From contig JAKLKB010000015.1 in the NCBI GenBank assembly GCA_023150835.1, positions 1 through 64,000 on the forward strand: DNA of 64,000 nucleotides, written 5' to 3'. The notes beneath the pieces are model-generated. The model did no database searches and was not told the DNA's origin. It saw only the letters and a list, made by a program, of their open reading frames with translations. A program made the translations under genes and the position numbers. This stretch comes from Myxococcota bacterium (GTDB taxonomy: Bacteria > Myxococcota_C > UBA6777). Below, in pieces: positions 26,464 through 36,233 of this stretch; the stretch's first letter is position 1; every line of letters starts with the position of its first letter.

Positions 26464-29400
26464 TCAACGCTTGGGAGGCTCTTTGGAGGCAGGTGTTTTT
26501 TCAGGTTCCAAACTCATCAAAGGCAGCGGAGACAACGGATCGAATGTTGTTTGAGGCTCCAACTTTTTCGGTAGAGGGAAGTTTGGATCGGCCCGATGGA
26601 TCGCTTCGTAGGCTTGGTTGGTACACTCGTTTTCAAAAAACAACTCTTTGGATTTGTCTACGACCTTGCGATACAGCGCTTGGGCTTGATCTTCGAGAGG
26701 CCGCACAAGCTGTTGATCGAGCTTTTCTTTGTAGATCTCTTTGGCTTCTTCGGTCCAACGCAAACCGCGGATCTTTGGCAACGGTGCTTTGGAGACGCCT
26801 GTTGCGATCTTTTGCTTGCCTTCGGCGATTCGATAGAGCGCACACAACAGCCAAGGAGCCGAAGAATACAGCGCAACGCGATTAAAATCCTTGACGACTT
26901 CGTTGTAGCGCTTGCTTTTGTCGGAGATCTGGCGTTTTTGCACCTGTGGGTTGGTGCTGTCGATGCGCAACTTATCGAATTTTTCGTATTCAAACATCGC
27001 TAAAGCGTACGCGGCTTTAGCGGGGTAGTGGCTTGTTAAAGAAAGATCCACTTGTTTCATCCGACCTTTTAGGCCATCAAAGACGCGGATCATCTTTTCG
27101 TGTTCTCGCTTCATCCGAGACCAAGGTAGCGACTTTTTCTCGATCTCTTCGTAGATGGTTCCATGACATTGCATCACGCGGCGCACGTAGTCGCTGTTGC
27201 TTTGGTATCGACGGATAAACGACTCACACAAACGCACCACGTCATCTGTTCGCTTCATGCGCTGGTAGACTTTGACCGCGTTGTACAACACGTCAGGGGC
27301 ATCTTTGCGGGCACTAAACTCGCGTGCGTACCGTTGGTAAGCGCGTGCGGCTTCATCGTAACGCTGCATACTTTCCAACAGCACAGCCGCGTTAAACAAA
27401 GCATCCGCACGCTTGTGCGAATCGCGGTAGGCTCGGTTGTCCACCAGCTCAAGGTAGCGACCGATCGCCTTGTCAAAGTTGAAATATTTTTCTGCGTTGT
27501 AGGCTACAAAAAACAACGCTTGATCGGAGCCTGCTTTGGGGTTGCCTTCATTGTCGAGCAAGAGGTTGCCTTGTTTGTCACGCAAGCGCCAAGTCGGATA
27601 ACGCTGGACCACCAACTCGTACACCTTCAAAGCAGACCCAAACATCTTCGCTTTTTCGTACATCAGCGCGGCGTTCCAAAGACCCGCAGGGGCGTCTTTG
27701 TCTTTCGGATTTTGCTCGACGGCCTTCATAAAAGCTTGGGCAGCCTCCACCCATTGTCCTTTTTCTTTCAACTGGTTCGCTTTGATGAAGATAACGCCGA
27801 CCTTGAGTTCTTTTTCGTAAGGGAAGGCGAGGCCAAACTTTTTTAGCTCGTCGATGGCCGCCACCATCTCATCCAAACAACCCTGTCTACGGTGGCTTGC
27901 AACGATCGTATCCCCTGCCGACTTTGCCAGCGGATGTTGTGGGTAGGTTTGAAGGAAATTCATCAAGCGTTGGCGTGTTTCGGCAAGGTGATCGTACGAA
28001 AAATAGATCCGCGCTGCGGAGTAGCTTTGCTCTGCGTTACGCGGATCTTTGGGGTTTTTGTTCAACGCCAAAAAAGCATCGCGTGCTTCGAGCAATTGGA
28101 GTTGCATCGGATGGATCGGTAGTTTTGGAAGCTGAACGCAGCGCATATTGCGAATGGACTGTTCAGGTTTCTTTTTCTTCGGATCTTCTTCGGCTTTTTT
28201 TCCGATGTCTTCAGGCAATTCACAAGCCTTTTGGATCGTTCCCTCGCGACAAGCCGCATTGGTGATCTGCACCAAGCTATCGACCAATCCAAAGGCGGCT
28301 TCTACGGTAAACTTGCCACCGCCCGGCCATTCCCGCACCTTACGAAACTCGACAGCAGCCTCTTTGAAGCGCAACGCATAAAACAAACTGTCTGCGAGAT
28401 ACCACATCAGCGTGTACACTTCTTTATGATGCGGAAAGCGCCGTAAAAACTCGCGGTAGTTGTCAGCAGCCACGACACAATCTTGGCGCGATTGTTCGAG
28501 CAGCGTCTTTTGTTCGGCAGGATCAGTGCTTTTTTGTGCTCGACCCCGCTTCACGTTGCAGCTTTCATGGCGGAAGATCGCGGCTTGGTAGATACTATCG
28601 CTGATGATCTTTTGGACAGAGCGCTGAGCCGTCACGTCGCTTCGGTTTTTGATCTCCCAAGGAGTATTGACACCAAAGCGCTCGATCAATTTGTTTCGTT
28701 CGAGCATCGCGGTGGAAAAGTCCGACTTACGCATATAAGCTTGAACGATCCGCTCTTGAACCAAGGGGTTAGAGGGATGATAAGGAAACAGATCCAATAT
28801 CTTGCGATTCATCGCGATCGCCATATCCCAGTTGTTTTGAGTGGCGTAGTTCTCTGCGATCTGGAGCATGATCTCGCGTGCGTAGGGCTTGTCCAAACCA
28901 ACCTCGCGGACGTATTTCTCGGCTTTTTCGGGGCTTCCCCAGTCTTCGTCGGCGAAAGAGATCGCGATGTATTGGATCGCTTCTTTTCGCAGATCTCCTC
29001 CTCCCGCTTCGTCTTTTTTCTTGAGATAAAATTCCAAAAGTTCGGTAAAACGCTTGACCGAGTCTTCAAACTCGTTCATCAGATAATGCGTCCACGCGAG
29101 TTTGTATAACGCTTTGTCAAACATGGGATGCGTCGTATATTGCAGCACTTTGGCATAGGCTTCTTTGGCTTTTCGACGGTTTTCTGCAACGTTTGCGCCG
29201 TCTGTTTTTCTGAAGTGGTATTCTCCGATCCGCACCCATGCTTCGGCAATAAAGCGGCTATCGGGGTACTGTTCGGTGATCTTGCGAAAGTACGGGATGG
29301 CTTCTTCGGCCTTGCCTTCTTCTTCGATGCAATAACCGAGAAGATAGTAGGCCCCTGCGACCAAGCGATAAGACGGGAAACGTTGAACCAATTCGTTAAG

Positions 29401-30108
29401 CCAGCGCGTTGTTTCTGAAAAGCGTTTTTTCGCAGGCAAAGGTTCGTAAGGGATCTCTTTGTTTTCAAACTTTTGAAGATCTTCTTCGTACTTTTTTGCG
29501 CGAGCGAGGTATTCGTTAAACTCTTCTTCGTAGTACAACTCAGCAAGGCGATACATGGCGTCTGGCGTGTAGCTCGGGTGATCTGGATAGCGGCGGACAA
29601 AGGCGATGAAATACTGGATGGCCTTTCGACGTGTCAATTCTTCGTCTTTGTCGAGCTTATCGAGGCGTTTCTTAAAACCATCGACCACCAGTTTTCGACG
29701 TTCGCGGTACTGTTTACGCACCAATTCGCGTGCCTCTCCAAGATAGTCCCGCGCAGCTTGACGAAAATCGTCATAGGCTTCTTTGATCTGCTTCATCTCT
29801 TGATCGCGTTCTTTGCCGCGCAGGATGATCACTCCATCAGAAGAAGTCGTGGGAGTCGGCGTTGCCGATGTATTGGGAGCCGTTGCGGCATCGGCTGTTG
29901 TGCCAGTCGTTCCGTCTGTTTTTTTCGCGGAAGCGGAAGAGGGGGCATTTCCGTCAGTCGTTTTTGTAGGAACGGGGGGGTTGCTCCCGGGGGTACTTGC
30001 TTTTTCAGCAGGTTTGATCTGTGTGCGATCTTTTTGTGCGTGTGTGGGAGAGATTGCAAAAGCCACAACAAACAGCACACAGAGGGCAGATATCCGTAGT
30101 TGACACAT
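26464..30108 (-). CDS. gltD: Large exported TPR protein (GltD/AgmU-like)
   Basis: Signal peptide; YTPDAMYRLAELYYE, EAWVRIGEYHF, KALYKLAW and LRKEAIQYIAISFAD motifs; 1214 aa. Confidence 0.8.
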   Translation of the reverse strand: MCQLRISALCVLFVVAFAISPTHAQKDRTQIKPAEKASTPGSNPPVPTKTTDGNAPSSASAKKTDGTTGTTADAATAPNTSATPTPTTSSDGVIILRGKERDQEMKQIKEAYDDFRQAARDYLGEARELVRKQYRERRKLVVDGFKKRLDKLDKDEELTRRKAIQYFIAFVRRYPDHPSYTPDAMYRLAELYYEEEFNEYLARAKKYEEDLQKFENKEIPYEPLPAKKRFSETTRWLNELVQRFPSYRLVAGAYYLLGYCIEEEGKAEEAIPYFRKITEQYPDSRFIAEAWVRIGEYHFRKTDGANVAENRRKAKEAYAKVLQYTTHPMFDKALYKLAWTHYLMNEFEDSVKRFTELLEFYLKKKDEAGGGDLRKEAIQYIAISFADEDWGSPEKAEKYVREVGLDKPYAREIMLQIAENYATQNNWDMAIAMNRKILDLFPYHPSNPLVQERIVQAYMRKSDFSTAMLERNKLIERFGVNTPWEIKNRSDVTAQRSVQKIISDSIYQAAIFRHESCNVKRGRAQKSTDPAEQKTLLEQSRQDCVVAADNYREFLRRFPHHKEVYTLMWYLADSLFYALRFKEAAVEFRKVREWPGGGKFTVEAAFGLVDSLVQITNAACREGTIQKACELPEDIGKKAEEDPKKKKPEQSIRNMRCVQLPKLPIHPMQLQLLEARDAFLALNKNPKDPRNAEQSYSAARIYFSYDHLAETRQRLMNFLQTYPQHPLAKSAGDTIVASHRRQGCLDEMVAAIDELKKFGLAFPYEKELKVGVIFIKANQLKEKGQWVEAAQAFMKAVEQNPKDKDAPAGLWNAALMYEKAKMFGSALKVYELVVQRYPTWRLRDKQGNLLLDNEGNPKAGSDQALFFVAYNAEKYFNFDKAIGRYLELVDNRAYRDSHKRADALFNAAVLLESMQRYDEAARAYQRYAREFSARKDAPDVLYNAVKVYQRMKRTDDVVRLCESFIRRYQSNSDYVRRVMQCHGTIYEEIEKKSLPWSRMKREHEKMIRVFDGLKGRMKQVDLSLTSHYPAKAAYALAMFEYEKFDKLRIDSTNPQVQKRQISDKSKRYNEVVKDFNRVALYSSAPWLLCALYRIAEGKQKIATGVSKAPLPKIRGLRWTEEAKEIYKEKLDQQLVRPLEDQAQALYRKVVDKSKELFFENECTNQAYEAIHRADPNFPLPKKLEPQTTFDPLSPLPLMSLEPEKTPASKEPPKR

Positions 30109-30165
30109 GGTCTAGCCTCATCGCCTTGGTTCTCGAAATCCCAAGGCCAAGTGTACTCAAAAAAA

Positions 30166-32559
30166 CTATTTTACCTCATCAAGAAGATCGCGAAACTCCG
30201 CATCAAGCATACGCAGCTCGCTGTTTCGCTCTCGTGTGATCTTTTGGCTTTTGGTTTGGATGGTTTGTTTTTCTTTCCACACCACATCGATCACACCGAC
30301 ATCTGCGCGCAAGATAAGTTGGTAAAAGCGTTTTTTGACGCTTTCAAAACCTTCGTAGATCACGGCACGCGAAAGCTGCGAGGCTTCATTTTGCAAGGAA
30401 AGCAAGAGTCCTTCATAGCGCGTGAGTTTTTGCTTTTCGTTCAAAAGACGGGCACGAACATCTCGGGTATAGCGCAAGATCGAAGAATTGAGTTGGCGGG
30501 TGAAGTCTGTGAGTTCGCCTTGTATCCGAATCAATTGCTCGTTCGTGCTTTGAAGCTCGCTTACGATCTGGCTGGCCTCGCCATCCAAACGCGACTGGAC
30601 GTTGGCGAGCAACGCCTTTTGTTGTGCGAGAAGTTGGCGATATTGATTTTGTAGGCTCAATTCTTTGGGATCGGTCGCGTAACCGAGTTCGATACGAACA
30701 AGATCCAATTCGCGCTGAAGTTTTTGTTTTGCATCCCGCAAAGTCTTGATCTCGTTATCGATCCATGCCAATTCGGTTTGGACATCAGATTGCGCTTGGG
30801 GAGCTAAGAGCTGTGCTTCTTTGCTGCGTTGAAGCCACTTTTGCGAAGCGCGCTGTTCCCGTTCGATCTGGTTGAGGGCGATGGTCACTTTGTGAAGACG
30901 CACCGCCATGCGCTCAGAACGCTCTTGGAAGGATTTGGCTCGGAGATCCAAGGAAGCCTCGTTTTGAGGGGCGTTTTGCAGTTGTTTCTGATGTTTTTTA
31001 AGGTCTTCTACGATCCGTTCATAGCGGGTGCGCTCATCAGAAGTCATCTTGTCCAACACGAGGCTTTGTTCGAGTGCGTTGGATTCGGCTTGCGCAGCGA
31101 TCAATTGGTTTTGTGCGGCGATCGATTGCAAGCGTGCTTGCCGTAGTTCAGGCGAGATCAGGATTCGTTCTTGTACGCGCAGTGCTTGTTCGAGGCGTTG
31201 CACGATCTGCAACGAGTCCGACATAAAGGCTTGCATTTGTACGAGATCTCGCTGAACAGAAAGCACACGTTGGATCTGCTCGTCTTCTGTGAGGCTTTGG
31301 ACGGCTTCACGCGGCAAAAGAGAGTTTGAAACCAAAGCACTGCGCGATCGTTTTTTCTCGGAGACAGCGCGAAGAAGCTCCTTTTCTACATCCAAACGAT
31401 TTTTTTTGATCTGATCAAGCTCCCGATACACCGAAGAATACTGCTTTACGATCTTGTTGTAGCCGTCCATCGCGGGCGAAAATCGGTCCAGTTCCAGCAA
31501 GAGTTGTCCACGCAAAAGCTGCGCTTGCGAATAGAAGGTGCTGTTGGGCAAAAAGTCAAGCAATAGATTGAGGCTTTTGAGCGCTCGATCATACTCCTTT
31601 TGCTGCTTTTTTAGGTCTTTGTAACCCCGCCCGCGGCGGATATAAGTCCAGCAAATCTCATATAACGCTTCATCAAAAACCGCAGAACTTCGCCCAACTT
31701 GTTGATAATAATCCAACGCCGAAGCATAGTCATTTTTCTCTAAATAGAGGCGCCCCAACGCGATCAAGATGGTGTTGTAGAGGTCTCGTGTACGTTTTGC
31801 GCTGCTTTGTTCGACGGGTTTGCGGGCTGCCCCCAAACCAGCAACCAAAAAGCGGATGGCGTTTTCTACGTTTTGTGGATGAGGGGCTGTTTTGAGTTGG
31901 ATAACAGCAAGAAAGTATTGACCTTGAGGCCAGTATTGCGAGCCTTGTGCGATGCGTTGAAAACTTTGCGAAGCGTCGGAAAAGCGATCTTGGGCGTAAA
32001 AAGTTTTGCCTTGGAGATAGACGATCTGGGCGCGTTTTTCTTCGGACATGGAATCCAACGAGATCGCGGGCATTTTTGCGTTGACCCAGTCGTACTTGCG
32101 AGTCAAGTTCGCGATCTCAAGCAGACGGATCAGGGCGTCTGGAAAGCGCCGATTTCGCGAATTGACGATGCGTTCATAGTACTTTGCCGCAGAGATGTAG
32201 TTTCCGTTTTTAAAGAGCGACTCGGCAAGAAAAAAATTGGCATCGAGCCACCCTGTTTTTCCTCGATTTTCCGTTGACTCCACCGCATCCAACAAGATCA
32301 CACTGGCGCTGGTGTAATCCCCCAACAAAAAGTTGACCTGCCCGTCAGAGAGGCGCTTTTGCAAAGAGACACGACCTTCGGTCCGTTGGCCTCGGTAGCT
32401 TTGCCGCAACAAGCGCACACTTGATTCCAAGCGCCTTGCCTGATTTTTGATCGACTCCAAACGCTCGCGTGCGGAAGCCGCGAAGGCTTTTTGCACTCCA
32501 AGAAGACCCACAACACAGCAAAGCAGCACTATCCGCTGCCACAGAGATCCTTGCTTCAT
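30166..32559 (-). CDS. Exported TPR/coiled-coil protein (GltC-like)
   Basis: Signal peptide, TPRs (ALYEICWTY), long coiled coil, C-terminal LRADVGVIDVVW; AGGAG RBS 8 nt before ATG 32559. Confidence 0.72.
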   Translation of the reverse strand: MKQGSLWQRIVLLCCVVGLLGVQKAFAASARERLESIKNQARRLESSVRLLRQSYRGQRTEGRVSLQKRLSDGQVNFLLGDYTSASVILLDAVESTENRGKTGWLDANFFLAESLFKNGNYISAAKYYERIVNSRNRRFPDALIRLLEIANLTRKYDWVNAKMPAISLDSMSEEKRAQIVYLQGKTFYAQDRFSDASQSFQRIAQGSQYWPQGQYFLAVIQLKTAPHPQNVENAIRFLVAGLGAARKPVEQSSAKRTRDLYNTILIALGRLYLEKNDYASALDYYQQVGRSSAVFDEALYEICWTYIRRGRGYKDLKKQQKEYDRALKSLNLLLDFLPNSTFYSQAQLLRGQLLLELDRFSPAMDGYNKIVKQYSSVYRELDQIKKNRLDVEKELLRAVSEKKRSRSALVSNSLLPREAVQSLTEDEQIQRVLSVQRDLVQMQAFMSDSLQIVQRLEQALRVQERILISPELRQARLQSIAAQNQLIAAQAESNALEQSLVLDKMTSDERTRYERIVEDLKKHQKQLQNAPQNEASLDLRAKSFQERSERMAVRLHKVTIALNQIEREQRASQKWLQRSKEAQLLAPQAQSDVQTELAWIDNEIKTLRDAKQKLQRELDLVRIELGYATDPKELSLQNQYRQLLAQQKALLANVQSRLDGEASQIVSELQSTNEQLIRIQGELTDFTRQLNSSILRYTRDVRARLLNEKQKLTRYEGLLLSLQNEASQLSRAVIYEGFESVKKRFYQLILRADVGVIDVVWKEKQTIQTKSQKITRERNSELRMLDAEFRDLLDEVK

Positions 32560-32613
32560 CCACATCGCTCCTTGCCTTGCTCGGCAGCCCTTATCACACC
32601 CCAACGTCTCGGA

Positions 32614-33408
32614 TTATTTCGTTTCCGCTTTGGGGGCGTCTTTGCGTTTGGCTGTGATATCGCGGATCTTGACATCATATTGAACAGTCGGTCGATCGGT
32701 CAATTGCGTTACCAGCGGGTTCTTTTCAAAAGCAACCACCGATATCTCCATTGATTTTCCTTCGAGAGCTTTGAACGTGTATGAAGAGCGTACGCGAAAT
32801 CGGTATTGTTTTAGGTACGAAAAAACACCCAATCCGTTGCCTCGAAACACCAATTCGACGGAAAGAGTATAACGTTCGGGCTGGAGCGTGTTGGTAAAGG
32901 CCACGAACTTTCGGGCGCTTGCTTTGTTGAGGGAGCCTTCGTAGTCCGTTTTGGTAAAGACAGGGTTTCCGCTCAGAGTGTAAGAGATCGAGCGCAAGTA
33001 AAAGGACGAACCCATTCGATTGTCGTGGACCAACACCACCTTCGATGTGGAGATCGCCCCTTGCAGCAAGGATTCTTGCAGCAACATCAGCTTGGCTTTG
33101 CTGCGGAAGATCTGCTCCTTGAGAGAGCCTGTTTTTTCTTCGATGGTCAGTAGTTGAAAGCGGTGGCGGTCGGATTGGACGCTGCTTCCTTCGGAGGGTG
33201 CATTTGGAGGAGAGCCTGAGGTGGGGGAGCCTGAGGTGGGGGGTGTCGGTTTGGGAGCATCCTCTTTTTTGGGATTATCGGACTTTTTGGCATCGCGAGC
33301 AGGTGGTGGGTTGGGTTTGTCTTGGGCCCAAGAGACAGAGACGCCGCTGAAGCAACATACGGTGAAAAACAAGCAGATACGACGGAAAGAGCCGTTGAGA
33401 ACGGACAT
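32614..33408 (-). CDS. Exported hypothetical protein, first gene of the glt-like block
   Basis: Signal peptide, Pro-rich linker, coiled coil LKEQIFRSKAKL, beta-rich C-terminal domain; AAGGAG RBS. Confidence 0.8.
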   Translation of the reverse strand: MSVLNGSFRRICLFFTVCCFSGVSVSWAQDKPNPPPARDAKKSDNPKKEDAPKPTPPTSGSPTSGSPPNAPSEGSSVQSDRHRFQLLTIEEKTGSLKEQIFRSKAKLMLLQESLLQGAISTSKVVLVHDNRMGSSFYLRSISYTLSGNPVFTKTDYEGSLNKASARKFVAFTNTLQPERYTLSVELVFRGNGLGVFSYLKQYRFRVRSSYTFKALEGKSMEISVVAFEKNPLVTQLTDRPTVQYDVKIRDITAKRKDAPKAETK

Positions 33409-33790
33409 TCTTGTCTCCTTACGGTTCGGAAGGAACCCTTGCAGCCGAAAGACTGCGGTGGTTCAGCAACATTTATCTTCGGGGAGGTATACATCACAAC
33501 GCGGCATTCAGCACACTACGCCCCGTGCGCAAAGCCTGCAAGCGTTTGCCCGTGCAGCGCAGGAAATGGCGCAAGAAGCAGCCCGTGAGGAAGCGTAGCG
33601 GGCGCACAGAAACGCACGGGACGGACTCGCGCAGAATGTTCTTAACAAAGAGCCAAAATCTTTGTCAATGCGCAGCGCTTGCGTCCCAAACAAAACCACC
33701 GTCCAAGCGTTTGTGTTGTCTTGTCTCGCCTAAAAAACGGAAGATCCTTGATTCTTCGCAACAAGCGGAGTCATCGCTTTTTAGAGAGAA

Positions 33791-33819
33791 TTGACATCCA
33801 AAGCGGAGAAGGCTACGTT
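33791..33819 (+). promoter_or_regulatory. Putative sigma70 promoter for the HEAT-repeat gene
   Basis: TTGACA-17 nt-TACGTT, ending 35 nt before ATG 33855. Confidence 0.5.
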
Positions 33820-33854
33820 GCGGGGACGACACTTTTCCAAACCGAAGGCAAGTC

Positions 33855-35465
33855 ATGGACTTATTTCTTTTCCTCGTGATCGCCATCCTCTGTTCCGTTT
33901 TTCTGTTCTCTTTTCTGTACCCTTCCCTCACAGAACAAGACGAAGAGGACGAAGAGGAACTCTTTGACAGCACAGAAACCCGCCTTGAGGTGTTGCTCCA
34001 AGGGGTGATCGATCCGCGTGCAGAAGTGCGAGAGCGCCATCGCGATCGCATCCTTTCGATGGGACCTGCGGTGATCCCACGATTAACAGCGCAACTATCT
34101 CAAGAACTTTTCTTAGAACACAACCAAATCAAGATCCTCCGTCTCGAAGAGTTAATCCACGACTTCGGTCAACGAGCGATTCCTGCGTTGTTGCAACTTC
34201 TTCAAGATGAAGGCAACGATCCAACCATCGCTTATGCAGCAAGCGAGTTGTTGCGCCGATTGGGGCCTTCAGCGGGACCGTTTTTGTTGGAGCGTTATCG
34301 CAAACCAGTCAACAAATACCTGCGACCGCTCCTGTTGTCGTGGGGGAAGCGTACTCTCCGCGATGCGGTGGATACGTTGCGGCTCGATCCACAACGCCGA
34401 GAGTGGGACGATCTGTTTGCAGGATGGATGCAATCCTCCGAAGCTGCGGAGGTTGCGCAAGCGCTGATCGATTGCTACCGCAAACATGATCGGACAACCC
34501 AACAGCGCGCATTGGAGTTGTTGTCGCACAACCCTCCTCCCGAAGCAGCGGTGTTTTTGCGTGATCTATCGGCATCGAAAGAGGCGGCGACGCGGCGGCT
34601 TGCTTTACGGGGTCTGGTGCATCTCGCCGATCCGAGTGTTTTGGTCTTTTGTCAAGACGCCGACTCCTCGCTGCGCCACCAAGCCTTTCAAGCTCTTTCG
34701 GATCAACGCTACGCGGATATCTCCGCACAAATCATCCAAACACTCGAAGCGCGTCGAGCCGAAGCACTTGACACAAACGAGCTAAAAGACGTCGCCCTTT
34801 GCGAAACGACCCTTTGCCGATGGACTCAAAAAGCCACGCCTTCGGTTATCCAACGGCTTTTTGAATGTCCCGACTTTGGTTTGCGTCGGCAAGCTCTCGT
34901 ACTTTCCGCGCATCTTGCTCATGAAGAACACATCGCCTACCTCGATCGCGCTGTCTTGGATACCCAAGAGTCCCTTTATACCGAGGCATTGCATCAGATC
35001 TCGCAGACACAAACCCCACACGTCACAGAGATCTTGCTTCGAGCCCTCGAACAGCGCTTGGAAGACGCCAAGTTCCTCGAAGCAGCGCAAACCGCCCTTT
35101 CTTCGCTCGGAAAAACGGCATTACGCCCGTTGCGCCGATTGCTCGCGAGTCAAACAAAAGCCTTGTATTCGGCTGCGCTTGTTGCGCTCTTGCGTATGGA
35201 CGACAAAGAAACGCTCTATGAGATCTTGGAGATCTTGCAGGACCCCTCGGTGTTTTCGCGACTCGAAGAAAACAATCTCCGTGATATCCGCCGTTTCTTA
35301 CGTCGATTATTCAAACAACCCACCGTCGATTACACCGTCCGCGCCTTTTTACAGCGCTTTCCCGAGACTCCGCTGCACCCGCTGCTTGAGGAAAGCCTCG
35401 AACGTTTTCAACGCACCACAGAACAACGCGAATCCCTGTCTTTTCGGACAGAATCTGAAAGTTAA
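33855..35465 (+). CDS. Membrane-anchored HEAT-repeat protein
   Basis: N-terminal TM, acidic linker, repeated helical units (AIPALLQLL, TRRLALRGL, LRRQAL, AAQTALSSLG). Confidence 0.75.
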   Translation: MDLFLFLVIAILCSVFLFSFLYPSLTEQDEEDEEELFDSTETRLEVLLQGVIDPRAEVRERHRDRILSMGPAVIPRLTAQLSQELFLEHNQIKILRLEELIHDFGQRAIPALLQLLQDEGNDPTIAYAASELLRRLGPSAGPFLLERYRKPVNKYLRPLLLSWGKRTLRDAVDTLRLDPQRREWDDLFAGWMQSSEAAEVAQALIDCYRKHDRTTQQRALELLSHNPPPEAAVFLRDLSASKEAATRRLALRGLVHLADPSVLVFCQDADSSLRHQAFQALSDQRYADISAQIIQTLEARRAEALDTNELKDVALCETTLCRWTQKATPSVIQRLFECPDFGLRRQALVLSAHLAHEEHIAYLDRAVLDTQESLYTEALHQISQTQTPHVTEILLRALEQRLEDAKFLEAAQTALSSLGKTALRPLRRLLASQTKALYSAALVALLRMDDKETLYEILEILQDPSVFSRLEENNLRDIRRFLRRLFKQPTVDYTVRAFLQRFPETPLHPLLEESLERFQRTTEQRESLSFRTESES

Positions 35466-35519
35466 GAGGGTATCTAAAAATAGGTTTGTTTGGGGGGGGG
35501 AAGGTGGTTCTATTCGCGT

Positions 35520-36200
35520 GACCTCCCCCCCCGACGCTTCGCGTCACCCCCCTCTCCACGCGGTCGCTCTAAGAATCGCTGCGTAGATAGGGAGACAAAA
35601 TGACACGATTTACGCGGAAAATACGTATCTTCATGTGTGAAAAGACTTTCTTCCTCTACGATTCTTTCGTTCCATCCGTCTTTGATGCAATACAACGTTC
35701 ACAACTCTTCGCCATCCTTTCGCAAAATCCGCTTTCTTCTCCCCCCTCGCCTCCGTGACAACGGGGAGAGGGCGGGGCCGAGGGGTGAGGGGCAACCACA
35801 AGACGTCCATTCCTTCGATGTTTCTGTGTACCAGTCCAAAAGATCTAGATCTGTTAGACCCCCTCTCATACCAAATCCGCCCATTGTGTGATCGTAAAAC
35901 GTAGGGGCAGACAGGTGTGGCTGCCCAACCGTAGGGCATCTACGCACGATCCTTCGATCACACATCTTGCGGATATCGTAGAAGAGCCAAAGACCGTGAG
36001 CAGGGGAGGGAGAGAAAGTCGGAGGCAGCGAGGTTTTGGTTTTCCGTGCCACACGCTGTTTGCACGAGAGAGCGTCTTTGCCTGCTCCAACTTCCCCCCG
36101 TTCACGGGGGATTGAGGGGGGGCGAGCAAAAGAAAAGGCGATCAAGACCGACTTTACGAGGTTTCCACCTTCACCTAACGCCTATGGAGGGCTGCCCCAC
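35520..36200. repeat. Intergenic cluster of REP-like GC-rich palindromes
   Basis: gacgcttcgcgtc hairpin (~35533), cccccctcgcc...ggggagagggcggggccgaggggtgagggg (~35740), gtaggggcag...ctgccc (35901), ccccccgttcacggggg (~36094). Confidence 0.65.
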
Positions 36201-36233
36201 CCTATTTCGCTTGCACAACGGGCGGATCTCGCG

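Noticed and set aside
35631-36145. Short ORFs in the palindrome-rich intergenic region
   Set aside because: No motifs or RBS, and they are composed largely of repeat-derived sequence.
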